Positions 9,021 to 18,642 of a stretch of DNA of 58,640 nucleotides are shown here, piece after piece; position 1 is the stretch's first letter; every line of letters starts with the position of its first letter. The translations under genes and the position numbers were made by a program. The DNA is from an uncultured Candidatus Saccharibacteria bacterium (GTDB lineage: Bacteria > Patescibacteriota > Minisyncoccia > Phycocordibacterales > UBA9973): the NCBI GenBank assembly GCA_964423445.1, contig CAYREQ010000002.1:1-58640 (forward strand). Direction: 5' to 3'. The notes under the pieces were generated by a model. It did not search any database, had not been told where the DNA came from, and saw nothing but the letters and a program-made list of their open reading frames with translations.

Positions 9021-9546
9021 CACAATTTTTTATTTTTTTTATAATTTAGCCCATCAGTCTTTATTTGTAGATAAGGCTATAGTTTTTTTTGCTGTATATT
9101 TTCCATATATAGTGATATTTTCAGCTGGAGTTTTTTTATTAATGCACCACGAAGTCTTTAAAGCTAAAAGCACTTTGCAAATACTTTTACAGAAAAAGAA
9201 AGAAATATTTGGAGCTTTTCTCACTGGAGCTTTTGCGTATTTATTGTCTTTTATTTTTAAATTATTTTTTCACACTGACAGACCTTTTGATTTGTTGGCT
9301 GGAGTCAAACCACTCTTCTTTCCGACAGATTATTCTTTCCCATCAGGGCATGCTACGTTTTTTTTCGGCTTAGCTTTCTCACTGTTCTTTAATCATAGGA
9401 ATATAGGAATTATATTTCTCATCTTTGCATTTTTAATAAGCATTGCGAGAGTAATGGCAGGGGTGCATTTTCCGGTAGATATATTGGGTGGTCTTTTCCT
9501 TGGTTTTATTGTAAGTTTTGTAATTAATTTTATAAATAAAAAATGA
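9013..9546 (+). CDS. PAP2-family phosphatase (BcrC-type undecaprenyl-diphosphatase-like)
   Basis: 177 aa with 'PSGHA' and 'RVMAGVHFPVDILGG' PAP2 motifs. Overlaps both folD and uppP. Confidence 0.85.
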   Translation: MNNTIFYFFYNLAHQSLFVDKAIVFFAVYFPYIVIFSAGVFLLMHHEVFKAKSTLQILLQKKKEIFGAFLTGAFAYLLSFIFKLFFHTDRPFDLLAGVKPLFFPTDYSFPSGHATFFFGLAFSLFFNHRNIGIIFLIFAFLISIARVMAGVHFPVDILGGLFLGFIVSFVINFINKK

Positions 9547-10322
9547 CTATAATACATACAATAATATTAGGTATAGTAGAAGGTTTGACTGAGTTTTTAC
9601 CTATTTCTTCTACGGCTCACTTAGAGATAGCTCAACGTTTCTTAGGGATAGCTACAAGTGATTTTGTGAAAAGTTTTGAGATAGCTATCCAGCTCGGGGC
9701 TATCTTGTCAGTAGTGTTTTTCTACAGAAGGGAATTATTTGGCGCGTCTTTTTTATATGTTAGAAATATAATAATTGCTTTTATTCCCACTGGAGTTATA
9801 GGCTTTTTATTATATAAAATTATTAAATCGTTTTTACTTGGAAATATTTTTATCGTAGCTACTACGCTTCTCCTTGGTGGTTTATTTATAGTCATTTATG
9901 AATACATTACAAGAAATAAAATTGAGGAAAATTTAGACAGAAAAATTGAAAATCTTTCAGTCAAAGAATTATTAATCTTGGGTTCTGCACAAGCCTTGGC
10001 AGCTATGCCGGGTGTTTCTCGCTCTGGTGCAGTAATAATTTCTGGACGCATATTGGGATTACCCAGAACACTAATAACAGAATTTTCTTTTTTATTGGCA
10101 ATCCCTACGATGTTTGCAGCTGTGTCATATGATTTATTAAAAACGGGAGTTTCTTTTACTGGGGGTAATTGGGCAAATATATTACTCGGTATGGTTGTTT
10201 CTTTTATAGTGGCTTTTGCAGTTATAAAATGGTTTTTGACATATATACAGAAACATTCCTTTGCTATTTTTGGTTGGTATAGAATAATTTTAGGACTTGC
10301 TTTATTGGCTATATTCTTATAG
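9543..10322 (+). CDS. uppP: undecaprenyl-diphosphate phosphatase (BacA/UppP)
   Basis: 259 aa with 'GIVEGLTEFLPISSTAHL' and 'PGVSRSG'. Confidence 0.93.
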   Translation: MTIIHTIILGIVEGLTEFLPISSTAHLEIAQRFLGIATSDFVKSFEIAIQLGAILSVVFFYRRELFGASFLYVRNIIIAFIPTGVIGFLLYKIIKSFLLGNIFIVATTLLLGGLFIVIYEYITRNKIEENLDRKIENLSVKELLILGSAQALAAMPGVSRSGAVIISGRILGLPRTLITEFSFLLAIPTMFAAVSYDLLKTGVSFTGGNWANILLGMVVSFIVAFAVIKWFLTYIQKHSFAIFGWYRIILGLALLAIFL

Positions 10323-10337
10323 AATGCCCTTATATTT

Positions 10338-11744
10338 ATGTGGAAAAAAGTAAAAAACATACTGACAAATAAACTCTTTAGAAAAGCTGTTCTAGCTCTT
10401 ATTATGCTTGGTCTCGGCATAGGCGTAGGTCTTTTTGTTTTTAAAACAGAGCCAAAATTAAACAAGAATTTTGAAAATCAAAAAGAATTTTTCAAAAAAC
10501 ATCCTTTTCGTTTAGGTTTAGATCTTTCTGGTGGTACTCATCTTATATACAATGCTGATGTCAGTGCTTTGCCTGCAGGTCAAGAAGGTGACTCTATGGA
10601 CGCACTTCGTGATATTATCGAACGACGTGTAAACCTTTTTGGTGTATCTGAGCCTGTAGTTCAAATACAACACGGCAGTATTATTTCTGGAGCAGGAGAG
10701 CAATTGATAGTGGATCTACCAGGGGTTACTGATGTGAAAAAAGCTACAGACATGATAGGTCAAACACCTCTTCTTGAATTTAAAATAGAAAGATCAAAAG
10801 ATGAACCAATCACTTTGACTCCAGGCAAAGATGGAAAGTTAGATTTGGGAAGTATAAGCTTGGATCAACAATTCGTAGCTACTGACCTTACTGGTAGATA
10901 TTTACAAAAAGCTACTTTGGAGTTTGATCCAAATACTCGTGAGCCAAGAGTAGGTTTGCAATTTGATGAAACTGGTACAAAACTTTTCGCTGATATTACA
11001 AAAGCAAATGTAGGTAAGAGGGTAGCCATTTATTTGGATGGTTTTTCTATTTCCTCACCTGTAGTAAGAGAAGAAATCAAAGATGGTAAAGCTGTAATTT
11101 CTGGACAATTTACACCAGTAGAAGCCAAGCAATTAGTAGGCCGTCTAAATTCTGGAGCATTACCTGTACCAATAACTCTACTATCTACACAAACAATAGG
11201 AGCTACGCTTGGCGACAGTGCAGTAAACGCTGGAGTCAAAGCCGCAATAATTGGATTTTTATTAGTAGCCCTATTCCTTATTCTTTGGTACCGCTTACCA
11301 GGACTAGTAGCTACATTATCACTTTGTATTTTCGTAGCTATAATACTAGCTTTGTTTAAACTTTTACCAGTCACTTTGACCGCTGCTGGTATTGCAGGAT
11401 TCATCATATCTATGGGAATAGCCGTGGACGCAAATGTTTTAATCTTTGAAAGAATAAAAGAAGAATTACGTTCTGGTCGTACTATAAATGATGCAGTAAA
11501 ATTCGGTTTTTCTAGAGCTTGGTTTTCTATTCGTGATTCTAATATTTCAAACTTCTTGACTGCAGTTATTTTATTCTGGTTTGGAACATCTTTGATAAAA
11601 GGTTTTGCACTTACACTAGGTATGGGAGTCATAGTGTCTATGTTTAGTGCTATTACTATCACACGAATTTTCTTATCAACGCTTGGTTTCATCGGAGAAG
11701 GTAAAGTAGCTAGATTTTTGTTTGGAAGTGGATTAAGTAAATAA
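10338..11744 (+). CDS. secD: protein translocase subunit SecD
   Basis: 468 aa with periplasmic domain plus C-terminal 6-TM bundle ('DANVLIFERIKEE'). Confidence 0.93.
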   Translation: MWKKVKNILTNKLFRKAVLALIMLGLGIGVGLFVFKTEPKLNKNFENQKEFFKKHPFRLGLDLSGGTHLIYNADVSALPAGQEGDSMDALRDIIERRVNLFGVSEPVVQIQHGSIISGAGEQLIVDLPGVTDVKKATDMIGQTPLLEFKIERSKDEPITLTPGKDGKLDLGSISLDQQFVATDLTGRYLQKATLEFDPNTREPRVGLQFDETGTKLFADITKANVGKRVAIYLDGFSISSPVVREEIKDGKAVISGQFTPVEAKQLVGRLNSGALPVPITLLSTQTIGATLGDSAVNAGVKAAIIGFLLVALFLILWYRLPGLVATLSLCIFVAIILALFKLLPVTLTAAGIAGFIISMGIAVDANVLIFERIKEELRSGRTINDAVKFGFSRAWFSIRDSNISNFLTAVILFWFGTSLIKGFALTLGMGVIVSMFSAITITRIFLSTLGFIGEGKVARFLFGSGLSK

Positions 11745-11751
11745 AAAAATT

Positions 11752-12654
11752 ATGTTTATAATAAAAAACAAAAAAATATTCATTATCATATCAATAGTAT
11801 TAGTGGCTCTATCTTTTTTATCTTTGGTAGTATTTGGTTTAAATGTAGGTATAGACTTTAAGGGTGGGGCTCTATCAGAAGTAGTGTATGAAAACACTCG
11901 ACCAATGCAAGAAGAGCTAAATGCTCCTTTGGAATCTTTGGGTTTTGGCCTTGTATTACTTCAACCTACAGGAGAAAAAGGTTACATTGTAAAGACTAGA
12001 GATTTGACTGACCCAGAGCACACTCTTTTACTAAAGACACTCTCAAACAACGATGAAAATGTTTTGACAGAAACAAGCTTTAATTCTATAGGGCCATCTG
12101 TAGGTCGCGAGCTTACTAGAAAAGCAATTATCGCTGTAATATTAATTTCTCTAGTTATAATTAGTTTCATAGCTTTTGCTTTTAGGGGAGTATCTAAGCA
12201 AGTTTCATCTTGGAAATACGGAGTGATAGCAATCATCACTCTCTTGCACGACGTCACTATACCTGTAGGAATATTTACTGTACTTACACATTTTTATGGA
12301 GGAGAGTTAGACACTCTTTTCATCGTAGCCATTTTGACCATTCTCGGTCTTTCTGTATCTGATACCATAGTTATCTTTGACAGAATAAGAGAGAACTTGA
12401 GAAACTTGCCATCTAATGCAAAAGTTCATTTTGACGAAATAGTAGGAAAAAGTTTAGAGCAGTCTTATGCTAGATCCATAGCTACTTCACTTACAGTAAT
12501 TTTAGTATTACTAGCTCTATTCTTCTTTGGTCCTGTAAGTACAAAATACTTTGCTCTTATGCTCACAGCAGGTATGTTTTTTGGAACATACTCTTCTATT
12601 TTCTTAGCCTCACCACTTCTAGTCTGGGTGGAAGAGTGGCAAAAGAAGAATTAA
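11752..12654 (+). CDS. secF: protein translocase subunit SecF
   Basis: 300 aa with 'GIDFKGG' and 'DTIVIFDRIREN'. Adjacent to secD. Confidence 0.93.
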   Translation: MFIIKNKKIFIIISIVLVALSFLSLVVFGLNVGIDFKGGALSEVVYENTRPMQEELNAPLESLGFGLVLLQPTGEKGYIVKTRDLTDPEHTLLLKTLSNNDENVLTETSFNSIGPSVGRELTRKAIIAVILISLVIISFIAFAFRGVSKQVSSWKYGVIAIITLLHDVTIPVGIFTVLTHFYGGELDTLFIVAILTILGLSVSDTIVIFDRIRENLRNLPSNAKVHFDEIVGKSLEQSYARSIATSLTVILVLLALFFFGPVSTKYFALMLTAGMFFGTYSSIFLASPLLVWVEEWQKKN

Positions 12655-12685
12655 TATTTTTGCCATTTAATGGTATAATAATAAT

Positions 12686-13240
12686 ATGATGTACATATTT
12701 ATAGGTATTCCGATACTTTTGGTTTTGTGGGTAGTATTTATTTATAATGGTTTTGTTACTTTAGTTAATCGTACTAAGGAAGCTTGGGCTGATATTGAAG
12801 TTCAACTAAAGCGTAGATATGATCTTATCCCAAATCTAGTAAACACTGTAAAAGGTTATGCTACTCACGAGTCTAGTGCTTTTGAAAATGTCACTAAGGC
12901 TCGCACTATGGCTATGGGGGCACAAGGACCTACAGGAGCTCATGCTGAAGCAGAGAATATGCTTACTGGAGCACTGAAGAGTGTATTTGCTATAGCTGAA
13001 GCCTACCCAGACTTAAAAGCAAATCAAAATTTCTTGGCTTTACAACAAGAGCTTTCTGACACAGAAAATAAAATTCAAGCTTCACGAAGATTTTACAATA
13101 CAAATGTACGTGACTTAAACATTAAAATGGAATCTTTCCCATCAAATATTTTAGCGAAAATGTTTAACTTCTCTAAGATGGAATTCTTTGATTTGGCAGA
13201 TAATGACGTTGCTCAAAATCCCGTAGAAGTAAAGTTCTAA
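12686..13240 (+). CDS. lemA: LemA family protein
   Basis: 184 aa, N-terminal TM, 'QLKRRYDLIPNLV' and 'RRFYN'. ATG lies 6 nt after TATAAT (12674-12679). Confidence 0.9.
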   Translation: MMYIFIGIPILLVLWVVFIYNGFVTLVNRTKEAWADIEVQLKRRYDLIPNLVNTVKGYATHESSAFENVTKARTMAMGAQGPTGAHAEAENMLTGALKSVFAIAEAYPDLKANQNFLALQQELSDTENKIQASRRFYNTNVRDLNIKMESFPSNILAKMFNFSKMEFFDLADNDVAQNPVEVKF

Positions 13241-14125
13241 ATGTCTAGCCTATATACACAACAATCTAAAAATGTCACAAAAACATGGTTACTCATGACT
13301 GTGTTTTTTGTCGTAGTAATTTTATTTGGTTGGTTTTTTTCCTTCTATTACGGTAATCCAAATATATTATACTTGTTTGTAATTTTCAGTATTTTGATGA
13401 ATGTATTTTCTTATTGGTTTTCAGATAAGATAGTGATAAAACTCGCTGGTGCAAAACCAGCAAAAAGGGAAGAGTATTTTGACTTATATACTAGTGTAGA
13501 GAATCTTTCTATTACTGCTGGGCTTCCTATGCCAAAAGTTTATGTCATAAAAGATGATGCACCAAATGCTTTTGCCACAGGTAGAGATAAAAACCACGCT
13601 GTAGTCTGTGCGACGACCGGACTTTTGGCAATCTTAGACAAGACTGAGCTCGAAGGAGTATTGGCGCATGAGCTTTCACATATTGGGAATAGAGATATGC
13701 TCTTATCTACTGTAGTAGTAGTCTTGGTTGGTTTCATTACTATTTTGGCTGATGTCTTTACTCGGTCTTTATTTTTTGGTGGAAACAGGGATAGTGATAA
13801 TAAAGGTGCAGGCGTACTCATGATTATAGGTATTATTCTTTCAATACTTGCTCCAATTTTTGCTATGCTTATACAATTAGCAATTTCAAGAAAAAGAGAA
13901 TTCTTGGCTGATGCTTCAGGTGCATTACTCACTCGTTACCCTGAAGGACTAGCAAATGCACTACGTAAAATTTCGCAATATAGTAAACCTATGAACCGTC
14001 AGTCAGGAGCGATAGCTCACCTATACATCTCAGACCCAAAAGGGTCAACAATGGGTAAAAAAGTGGCAGGACTTTTTGCGACTCATCCACCTACAGAGGA
14101 CAGAATAAAGGCTTTGATTGGGTAG
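13241..14125 (+). CDS. htpX: zinc metalloprotease HtpX (M48)
   Basis: 294 aa with 'HELSHIGNRD' HExxH motif and 4 TM helices. Classic lemA-htpX pairing. Confidence 0.9.
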   Translation: MSSLYTQQSKNVTKTWLLMTVFFVVVILFGWFFSFYYGNPNILYLFVIFSILMNVFSYWFSDKIVIKLAGAKPAKREEYFDLYTSVENLSITAGLPMPKVYVIKDDAPNAFATGRDKNHAVVCATTGLLAILDKTELEGVLAHELSHIGNRDMLLSTVVVVLVGFITILADVFTRSLFFGGNRDSDNKGAGVLMIIGIILSILAPIFAMLIQLAISRKREFLADASGALLTRYPEGLANALRKISQYSKPMNRQSGAIAHLYISDPKGSTMGKKVAGLFATHPPTEDRIKALIG

Positions 14126-14149
14126 TAAATTTAAGGTATACTCTCTTAT

Positions 14150-14425
14150 ATGGATATAAAAGATGTGGAAAAGCTAGCAGAGCTTGCCAGAATTGAACTA
14201 GGAGAAGAAGAGAAAAAAACCATGCTAAACGATATGCAGGGTATTTTGAATTATGTAAAAATTATTGAGAATATTGAGACAGATAATTCAGCTGTAGATT
14301 ATAAAACTTATAATGTATGGAGAGAAGATGAGGCAGATAAACGTGAGTTTTCTCCTGAAATTATTACAAAGCAATTTCCAGATTCACAGGATAATTTTTT
14401 GAAAGTTAAAAAAATATTAGGATGA
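14150..14425 (+). CDS. gatC: Asp/Glu-tRNA amidotransferase subunit C
   Basis: 91 aa with 'VEKLAELARIEL'. ATGA overlap with gatA. ATG lies 7 nt after TATACT. Confidence 0.88.
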   Translation: MDIKDVEKLAELARIELGEEEKKTMLNDMQGILNYVKIIENIETDNSAVDYKTYNVWREDEADKREFSPEIITKQFPDSQDNFLKVKKILG

Positions 14426-15846
14426 TTGATTTAAATACTTTAACAATTAAAAAAGCGAGGTTGTCACTAGATAACAAAGAATTCACTGCTACCCAATTAG
14501 CCCAAGCTTATTTGGACGAAATAAAAAAGAAAAATGGAGAGTTGAATGCTTATTTGGAAATTTTTGATGATGTTCTAGAACAGGCAAAGCAGGCTGATTT
14601 ATTACTGGCAAAAGGTGAGAGCTATCCTCTCCTCGGTATACCACTTGCGATAAAAGATGTAATTCTTATACAGGGTAGAAAAGTTTCTGCTTCTTCAAAA
14701 ATGCTAGAAAATTATGTAGCATCTTATGATGCCACAGTGATAAAAAAGTTAAGAAAACAAGGTGCAGTATTTTTAGGTAGGACAAATACTGATGAATTTG
14801 CGATGGGTGGATCTACAGAAAATTCAGCTTTTGGTGTAACAAAAAATCCGCATGATACAAATAGAGTAGCTGGTGGTTCATCAGGTGGCTCTGCTTCAGT
14901 AGTAGCAGGGAATTTAGCACTTGGAGCCTTAGGCTCTGACACTGGTGGCTCTGTGCGTCTTCCAGCTAGTTTTTGCGGTATCGTGGGGATGAAGCCTACT
15001 TATGGAAACACTTCTAGGTATGGTCTTATAGCCATGGGATCGTCTCTTGATTGTATTGGGCCAATTGCAAAAAACGCAGAAGATGCAGAAATAATATATA
15101 CAGCTATAACAGGCTATGACGAATTAGATAGCACTAGTATCACCGATGCTATATATCCAAAGACTAAAAAAACAGATATGACCATCGGTGTGCCTTGGAG
15201 TTTGGTAAATATGGATGGAGTACATAAAGAAGTCAAAGAAAATTTTACACAATCTATAAAAAATCTTGAAAAAATTGGTTATAAGATAAAAGATATTTCT
15301 ATAAAAAATTTAGAAATTGCTTTGGCTATTTATTATATTATTATGCCAGCAGAAGCATCTACAAACTTGGCTCGTTTTGATGGAGTGAGATATGGTCTAC
15401 ATAAAAATGGAAAAAATTTAATGGAAGATTATATGCAGACCCGTGCATCTGGTTTTGGCCCAGAGGTTCGTCGAAGAATACTACTTGGAACTTATGTATT
15501 ATCTGCTGGATACTATGATGCTTATTATGGTAAGGCTCAAGTAGCTCGCAATATGCTAAAGAAAGAATTTGATAAAGCTTTTGAAGATGTAGATATTATA
15601 GCTACTCCTACTTCTACATATGTAGCTTGGAAAATAGGGGAAAAGAGTGATCCCATATCTACTTACCTTGAAGATATTTTTACTGTTACAGCTAATATAG
15701 TAGGAGTACCTGCTATATCTATACCTTCTGGCTTTACAGAAGTAGAAGGAAAAAATTTACCACTAGGTATTCAGTTTATGGCACCAAATGGCAGAGAAGA
15801 CTTTATTTTTGATGTTAGTAAAAAATTTGAAAAGACTCGAGAATAG
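14422..15846 (+). CDS. gatA: Asp/Glu-tRNA amidotransferase subunit A
   Basis: 474 aa with amidase signature 'GGSSGGSASVVA' and 'GSDTGGSVR'. Confidence 0.95.
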   Translation: MIDLNTLTIKKARLSLDNKEFTATQLAQAYLDEIKKKNGELNAYLEIFDDVLEQAKQADLLLAKGESYPLLGIPLAIKDVILIQGRKVSASSKMLENYVASYDATVIKKLRKQGAVFLGRTNTDEFAMGGSTENSAFGVTKNPHDTNRVAGGSSGGSASVVAGNLALGALGSDTGGSVRLPASFCGIVGMKPTYGNTSRYGLIAMGSSLDCIGPIAKNAEDAEIIYTAITGYDELDSTSITDAIYPKTKKTDMTIGVPWSLVNMDGVHKEVKENFTQSIKNLEKIGYKIKDISIKNLEIALAIYYIIMPAEASTNLARFDGVRYGLHKNGKNLMEDYMQTRASGFGPEVRRRILLGTYVLSAGYYDAYYGKAQVARNMLKKEFDKAFEDVDIIATPTSTYVAWKIGEKSDPISTYLEDIFTVTANIVGVPAISIPSGFTEVEGKNLPLGIQFMAPNGREDFIFDVSKKFEKTRE

Positions 15847-15871
15847 TAAAATGATATAATATTTTATATTT

Positions 15872-16510
15872 ATGGAAACAGCAAACAATAGTATCACTGA
15901 GGGTACATTTCTAAGTTCTAAATATTTAGACCCTATATATTTATTTAATCATGGCTACGATTTTTTTCGAGACCTTTTTGCTTTTATAGTCGGAGCTTGG
16001 GGTGATATTTTGACTTTTTATTATTTTGCAGTTTTTTTCTTGGCGACTTTTTTCCTCTTTATAATTTTTTACTGCATTATTCGTCTTTTTGAAATTAGAA
16101 AAAAAGAACACGAGCATGTGCATCATGAGATTCATGAGTATGCACACTATATGGCAGAAAAAGAGAAAAAAGCTCAAGCAGGAGAGAGCGGCTCTTTAAA
16201 CCCAAGATGGACGGAGACACTGACTTATCTTTTTTCAAACAATGAAGGTGATTGGAAACTCGCGATAATAGAAGCCGACAGCATGCTCGATAGTCTTATG
16301 GAACAACTAGGTTTTAAAGGAGAAAGCTTGGGGGAAAAATTAAAGAGTGCAGACCAAGGAAATTTTCGTAATCTTACCACCGCTTGGGAAGTACACACTA
16401 TTAGAAATCGTATAGCTCACGAAGGCTCAGCTTATGTAATTTCACAGCATGAAGCAAAGAGAATAATAGCTCTTTATGAAAAGATTTTTCGTGAGTACGG
16501 ATATATATAG
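15872..16510 (+). CDS. hypothetical membrane protein
   Basis: 212-aa ORF with TM segment 'YYFAVFFLATFFLFIIFYCII', a His-rich linker and a soluble C-terminal domain. Confidence 0.7.
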   Translation: METANNSITEGTFLSSKYLDPIYLFNHGYDFFRDLFAFIVGAWGDILTFYYFAVFFLATFFLFIIFYCIIRLFEIRKKEHEHVHHEIHEYAHYMAEKEKKAQAGESGSLNPRWTETLTYLFSNNEGDWKLAIIEADSMLDSLMEQLGFKGESLGEKLKSADQGNFRNLTTAWEVHTIRNRIAHEGSAYVISQHEAKRIIALYEKIFREYGYI

Positions 16511-16595
16511 TAGATTTTTCAATACTTTTCTTGTTGCCAAGGGCAAACCATAAAGCCGAAATAAACGGTTCGTTTTAATAGATAGTAATTACTTG

Positions 16596-16666
16596 TTGCG
16601 GGAGGCCGAATCGAACGGCCGTCTTAAGGTTATGAGCCTTACGAGATACCTCTTCTCCATCCCGCT
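16596..16666 (-). tRNA. tRNA-Met(CAU), initiator-type
   Basis: Cloverleaf by hand, with T-loop TTCGATT and anticodon loop CTCATAA (CAT = comp. 16632-16634). A11:U24 pair, unpaired 1:72 (A x A), A73. No encoded CCA. Confidence 0.85.
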
Positions 16667-16766
16667 ATATTAGCTATATATTACCCCAATTTTTATTAAA
16701 AATCAAGCTTAATATAGTTTATATTTTGGTTTTGTTAAAATTTCACTAAAGGGTATAATATAAGAC

Positions 16767-17015
16767 ATGGAACAATTTTCACAAATGCAAATATTCTTTC
16801 TTATTTCATCAGTCGGCTTTGTAATTGTCTTTATTTTAGCATCTATTTTTTTATTCTATTTAATTACTACTATATATTCTTTGAGAAGAATAATTTTTAA
16901 AATAGAAAAAGGGATAGATAGAATAGGGGACACTACAAAAGATTTATTGGAAGATATGAGAGACAATATAATTTTTAAGTTTATTTTTGGTAGAAAGAAA
17001 CGTCGCAAAGATTAA
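16767..17015 (+). CDS. small membrane protein, hypothetical
   Basis: 82 aa with one TM helix. ATG lies 7 nt after TATAAT (16754-16759). Confidence 0.55.
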   Translation: MEQFSQMQIFFLISSVGFVIVFILASIFLFYLITTIYSLRRIIFKIEKGIDRIGDTTKDLLEDMRDNIIFKFIFGRKKRRKD

Positions 17016-17043
17016 TAATTAATAATTTATTTAATAAAATAAT

Positions 17044-17442
17044 ATGAAAAAACAAATGAAAAAAACTACAAAAAAAGGTATGTCTACAGGAAGCAAGGTG
17101 GCTATAGGAGGAGCAGTGGCAGCATTGAGTGCAGTGGGTGCAGGAGCTTATCTATTGTTTGGTCCAGATGGTAAGACAAATCAAAAAAAAGTAGTAGCGT
17201 TGGCTAATAAAATGAAAAAAGAAATAACTACTGAATATAAGAAAGCCAAGAAGGCTGGTGCTCCTGTGTACAACAAAGCTGTAGATATAATATCTAAAAA
17301 TTATGCAAAACAATACAAAGCTCACGAAAAGGATATAAATGCTATTGCAAAAAAGATAAAGAGTGAGTGGAAAGATGTAGAGAAGACAGTAAAAGCTACT
17401 ACAAAAAAAGTAGCAAAAGTAGCTAGCAAGAAGAGAGGTTAA
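17044..17442 (+). CDS. Lys-rich membrane-anchored hypothetical protein
   Basis: 132 aa with a Gly/Ala-rich TM segment 'VAIGGAVAALSAVGAGAYLLFG' followed by a Lys-rich helical region. Confidence 0.6.
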   Translation: MKKQMKKTTKKGMSTGSKVAIGGAVAALSAVGAGAYLLFGPDGKTNQKKVVALANKMKKEITTEYKKAKKAGAPVYNKAVDIISKNYAKQYKAHEKDINAIAKKIKSEWKDVEKTVKATTKKVAKVASKKRG

Positions 17443-17443
17443 T

Positions 17444-17854
17444 TTAAGAAATTACTACTATTTGAGCACAGTATGAGCATCTTTTAGCTTGTATTGGTAT
17501 TTCACTAATACATTCAGGACATTTTTTACTTGTAGGTTCTGCTACAGGTTCATTTTTCTTTGTCATTGCTATTAGTTTATTCATTGGTTTTACCACAAAG
17601 AAGAAAATAGTACTTGCGACTAAGATGAAAGATACTAGAGCATTTATAAAGTGTCCATACATAAATCGGCTATCGTTTATCGTAAAAGACATACCGCTAA
17701 AGTCTGGAACTTTTGCTATTGCAGCTATAAGGGGAGTGATAAGGTCTGCGACTAGAGCACTGACAATAGTGCCAAAAGACGCACCGATGACTACACCGAC
17801 AGCTAGGTCTACTACATTTCCTCGTAATAAAAATTGTTTAAATTCTTTTAACAT
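17444..17854 (-). CDS. mscL: large-conductance mechanosensitive channel MscL with C-terminal zinc ribbon
   Basis: 136 aa with 'RGNVVDLAVGVVIGASFG'. C-terminus has 'CPEC...CSYC'. Confidence 0.9.
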   Translation of the reverse strand: MLKEFKQFLLRGNVVDLAVGVVIGASFGTIVSALVADLITPLIAAIAKVPDFSGMSFTINDSRFMYGHFINALVSFILVASTIFFFVVKPMNKLIAMTKKNEPVAEPTSKKCPECISEIPIQAKRCSYCAQIVVIS

Positions 17855-17896
17855 AATATAAAATTTATTAATTAATAATAAGCATTTAATGCTTTG

Positions 17897-17983
17897 CGGA
17901 GCCGGTGAGATTCGAACTCACGGTCCCGATTAAGGGACGACGGTTTAGTAAACCGTTGATTTAAACCACTCATCCACGGCTCC
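17897..17983 (-). tRNA. class II tRNA-Ser; anticodon reads ACU
   Basis: Acceptor GGAGCCG/CGGCTCC, G73, D-stem GAT/ATC, long variable arm GTCCC..GGGAC, T-loop TTCGAAT. Anticodon loop TTACTAA (comp. 17945-17951). Confidence 0.75.
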
Positions 17984-18053
17984 GTTTGATAAGGAGATTA
18001 TAGCAGAAAAATGGAAAAAAGATAGAAATATGTTAGAGTAATAATGTTCTAAT

Positions 18054-18142
18054 GGAGCCGTGTCAGAGTGGTCTAACGTACCTCTTTGCTAAAGAGGCAG
18101 GGGCTTCAAAACCCCTCGACGGTTCGAATCCGTCCGGCTCCG
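18054..18142 (+). tRNA. class II tRNA-Ser(GCU)
   Basis: Same acceptor stem as the neighbouring tRNA, G73, anticodon loop TTGCTAA (GCT at 18088-18090), variable arm AGGGG..CCCCT, T-loop TTCGAAT. The D-stem pairs poorly by eye. Confidence 0.8.
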
Positions 18143-18163
18143 CAGGTATGCTATATTATTCTT

Positions 18164-18640
18164 ATGACATTTTTAGATAAAATAAAACAAAAGATTTGGC
18201 ATTTTATTTACAAGTTTTTTCCGACCGTGCAAAAGCTTTTTCTTCGTTTTCACGAAAAAGGCAGACAGAGATATCATATAGGATGGCTCGCAAAAGGTAA
18301 GACTTTAGCAGAATTAAAACATCACCTCCATATTAATTATGGTTTCGGCAATCACTTCGTAGCTTGGCCAGACGAGGGGCAAGTACTATCTTGGAGAAAA
18401 ATAAAAGATTTCAATCATCAATATCATTTGCGAGTTTTTTCTGATGGTGAAATAAGAGGGCACTATGAGTACACACCAGAAGGCCACCCGATAGAACATT
18501 TTGATGAAAAAGATGAGACTTTTCACAAAAAAGAATTTTTAAGATTTTTAGGAGAATTTGTGACAGACAAAAAACACAAAGTCCACCTGAAGATGGATCC
18601 TACAGCTTACAATCCTGAGTCAGAATTTAAAGATAAATAA
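18164..18640 (+). CDS. hypothetical His-rich protein
   Basis: First ATG after the tRNA; the track ORF start at 18086 overlaps the tRNA. 158 aa, no recognised motif. Confidence 0.6.
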   Translation: MTFLDKIKQKIWHFIYKFFPTVQKLFLRFHEKGRQRYHIGWLAKGKTLAELKHHLHINYGFGNHFVAWPDEGQVLSWRKIKDFNHQYHLRVFSDGEIRGHYEYTPEGHPIEHFDEKDETFHKKEFLRFLGEFVTDKKHKVHLKMDPTAYNPESEFKDK

Positions 18641-18642
18641 AA

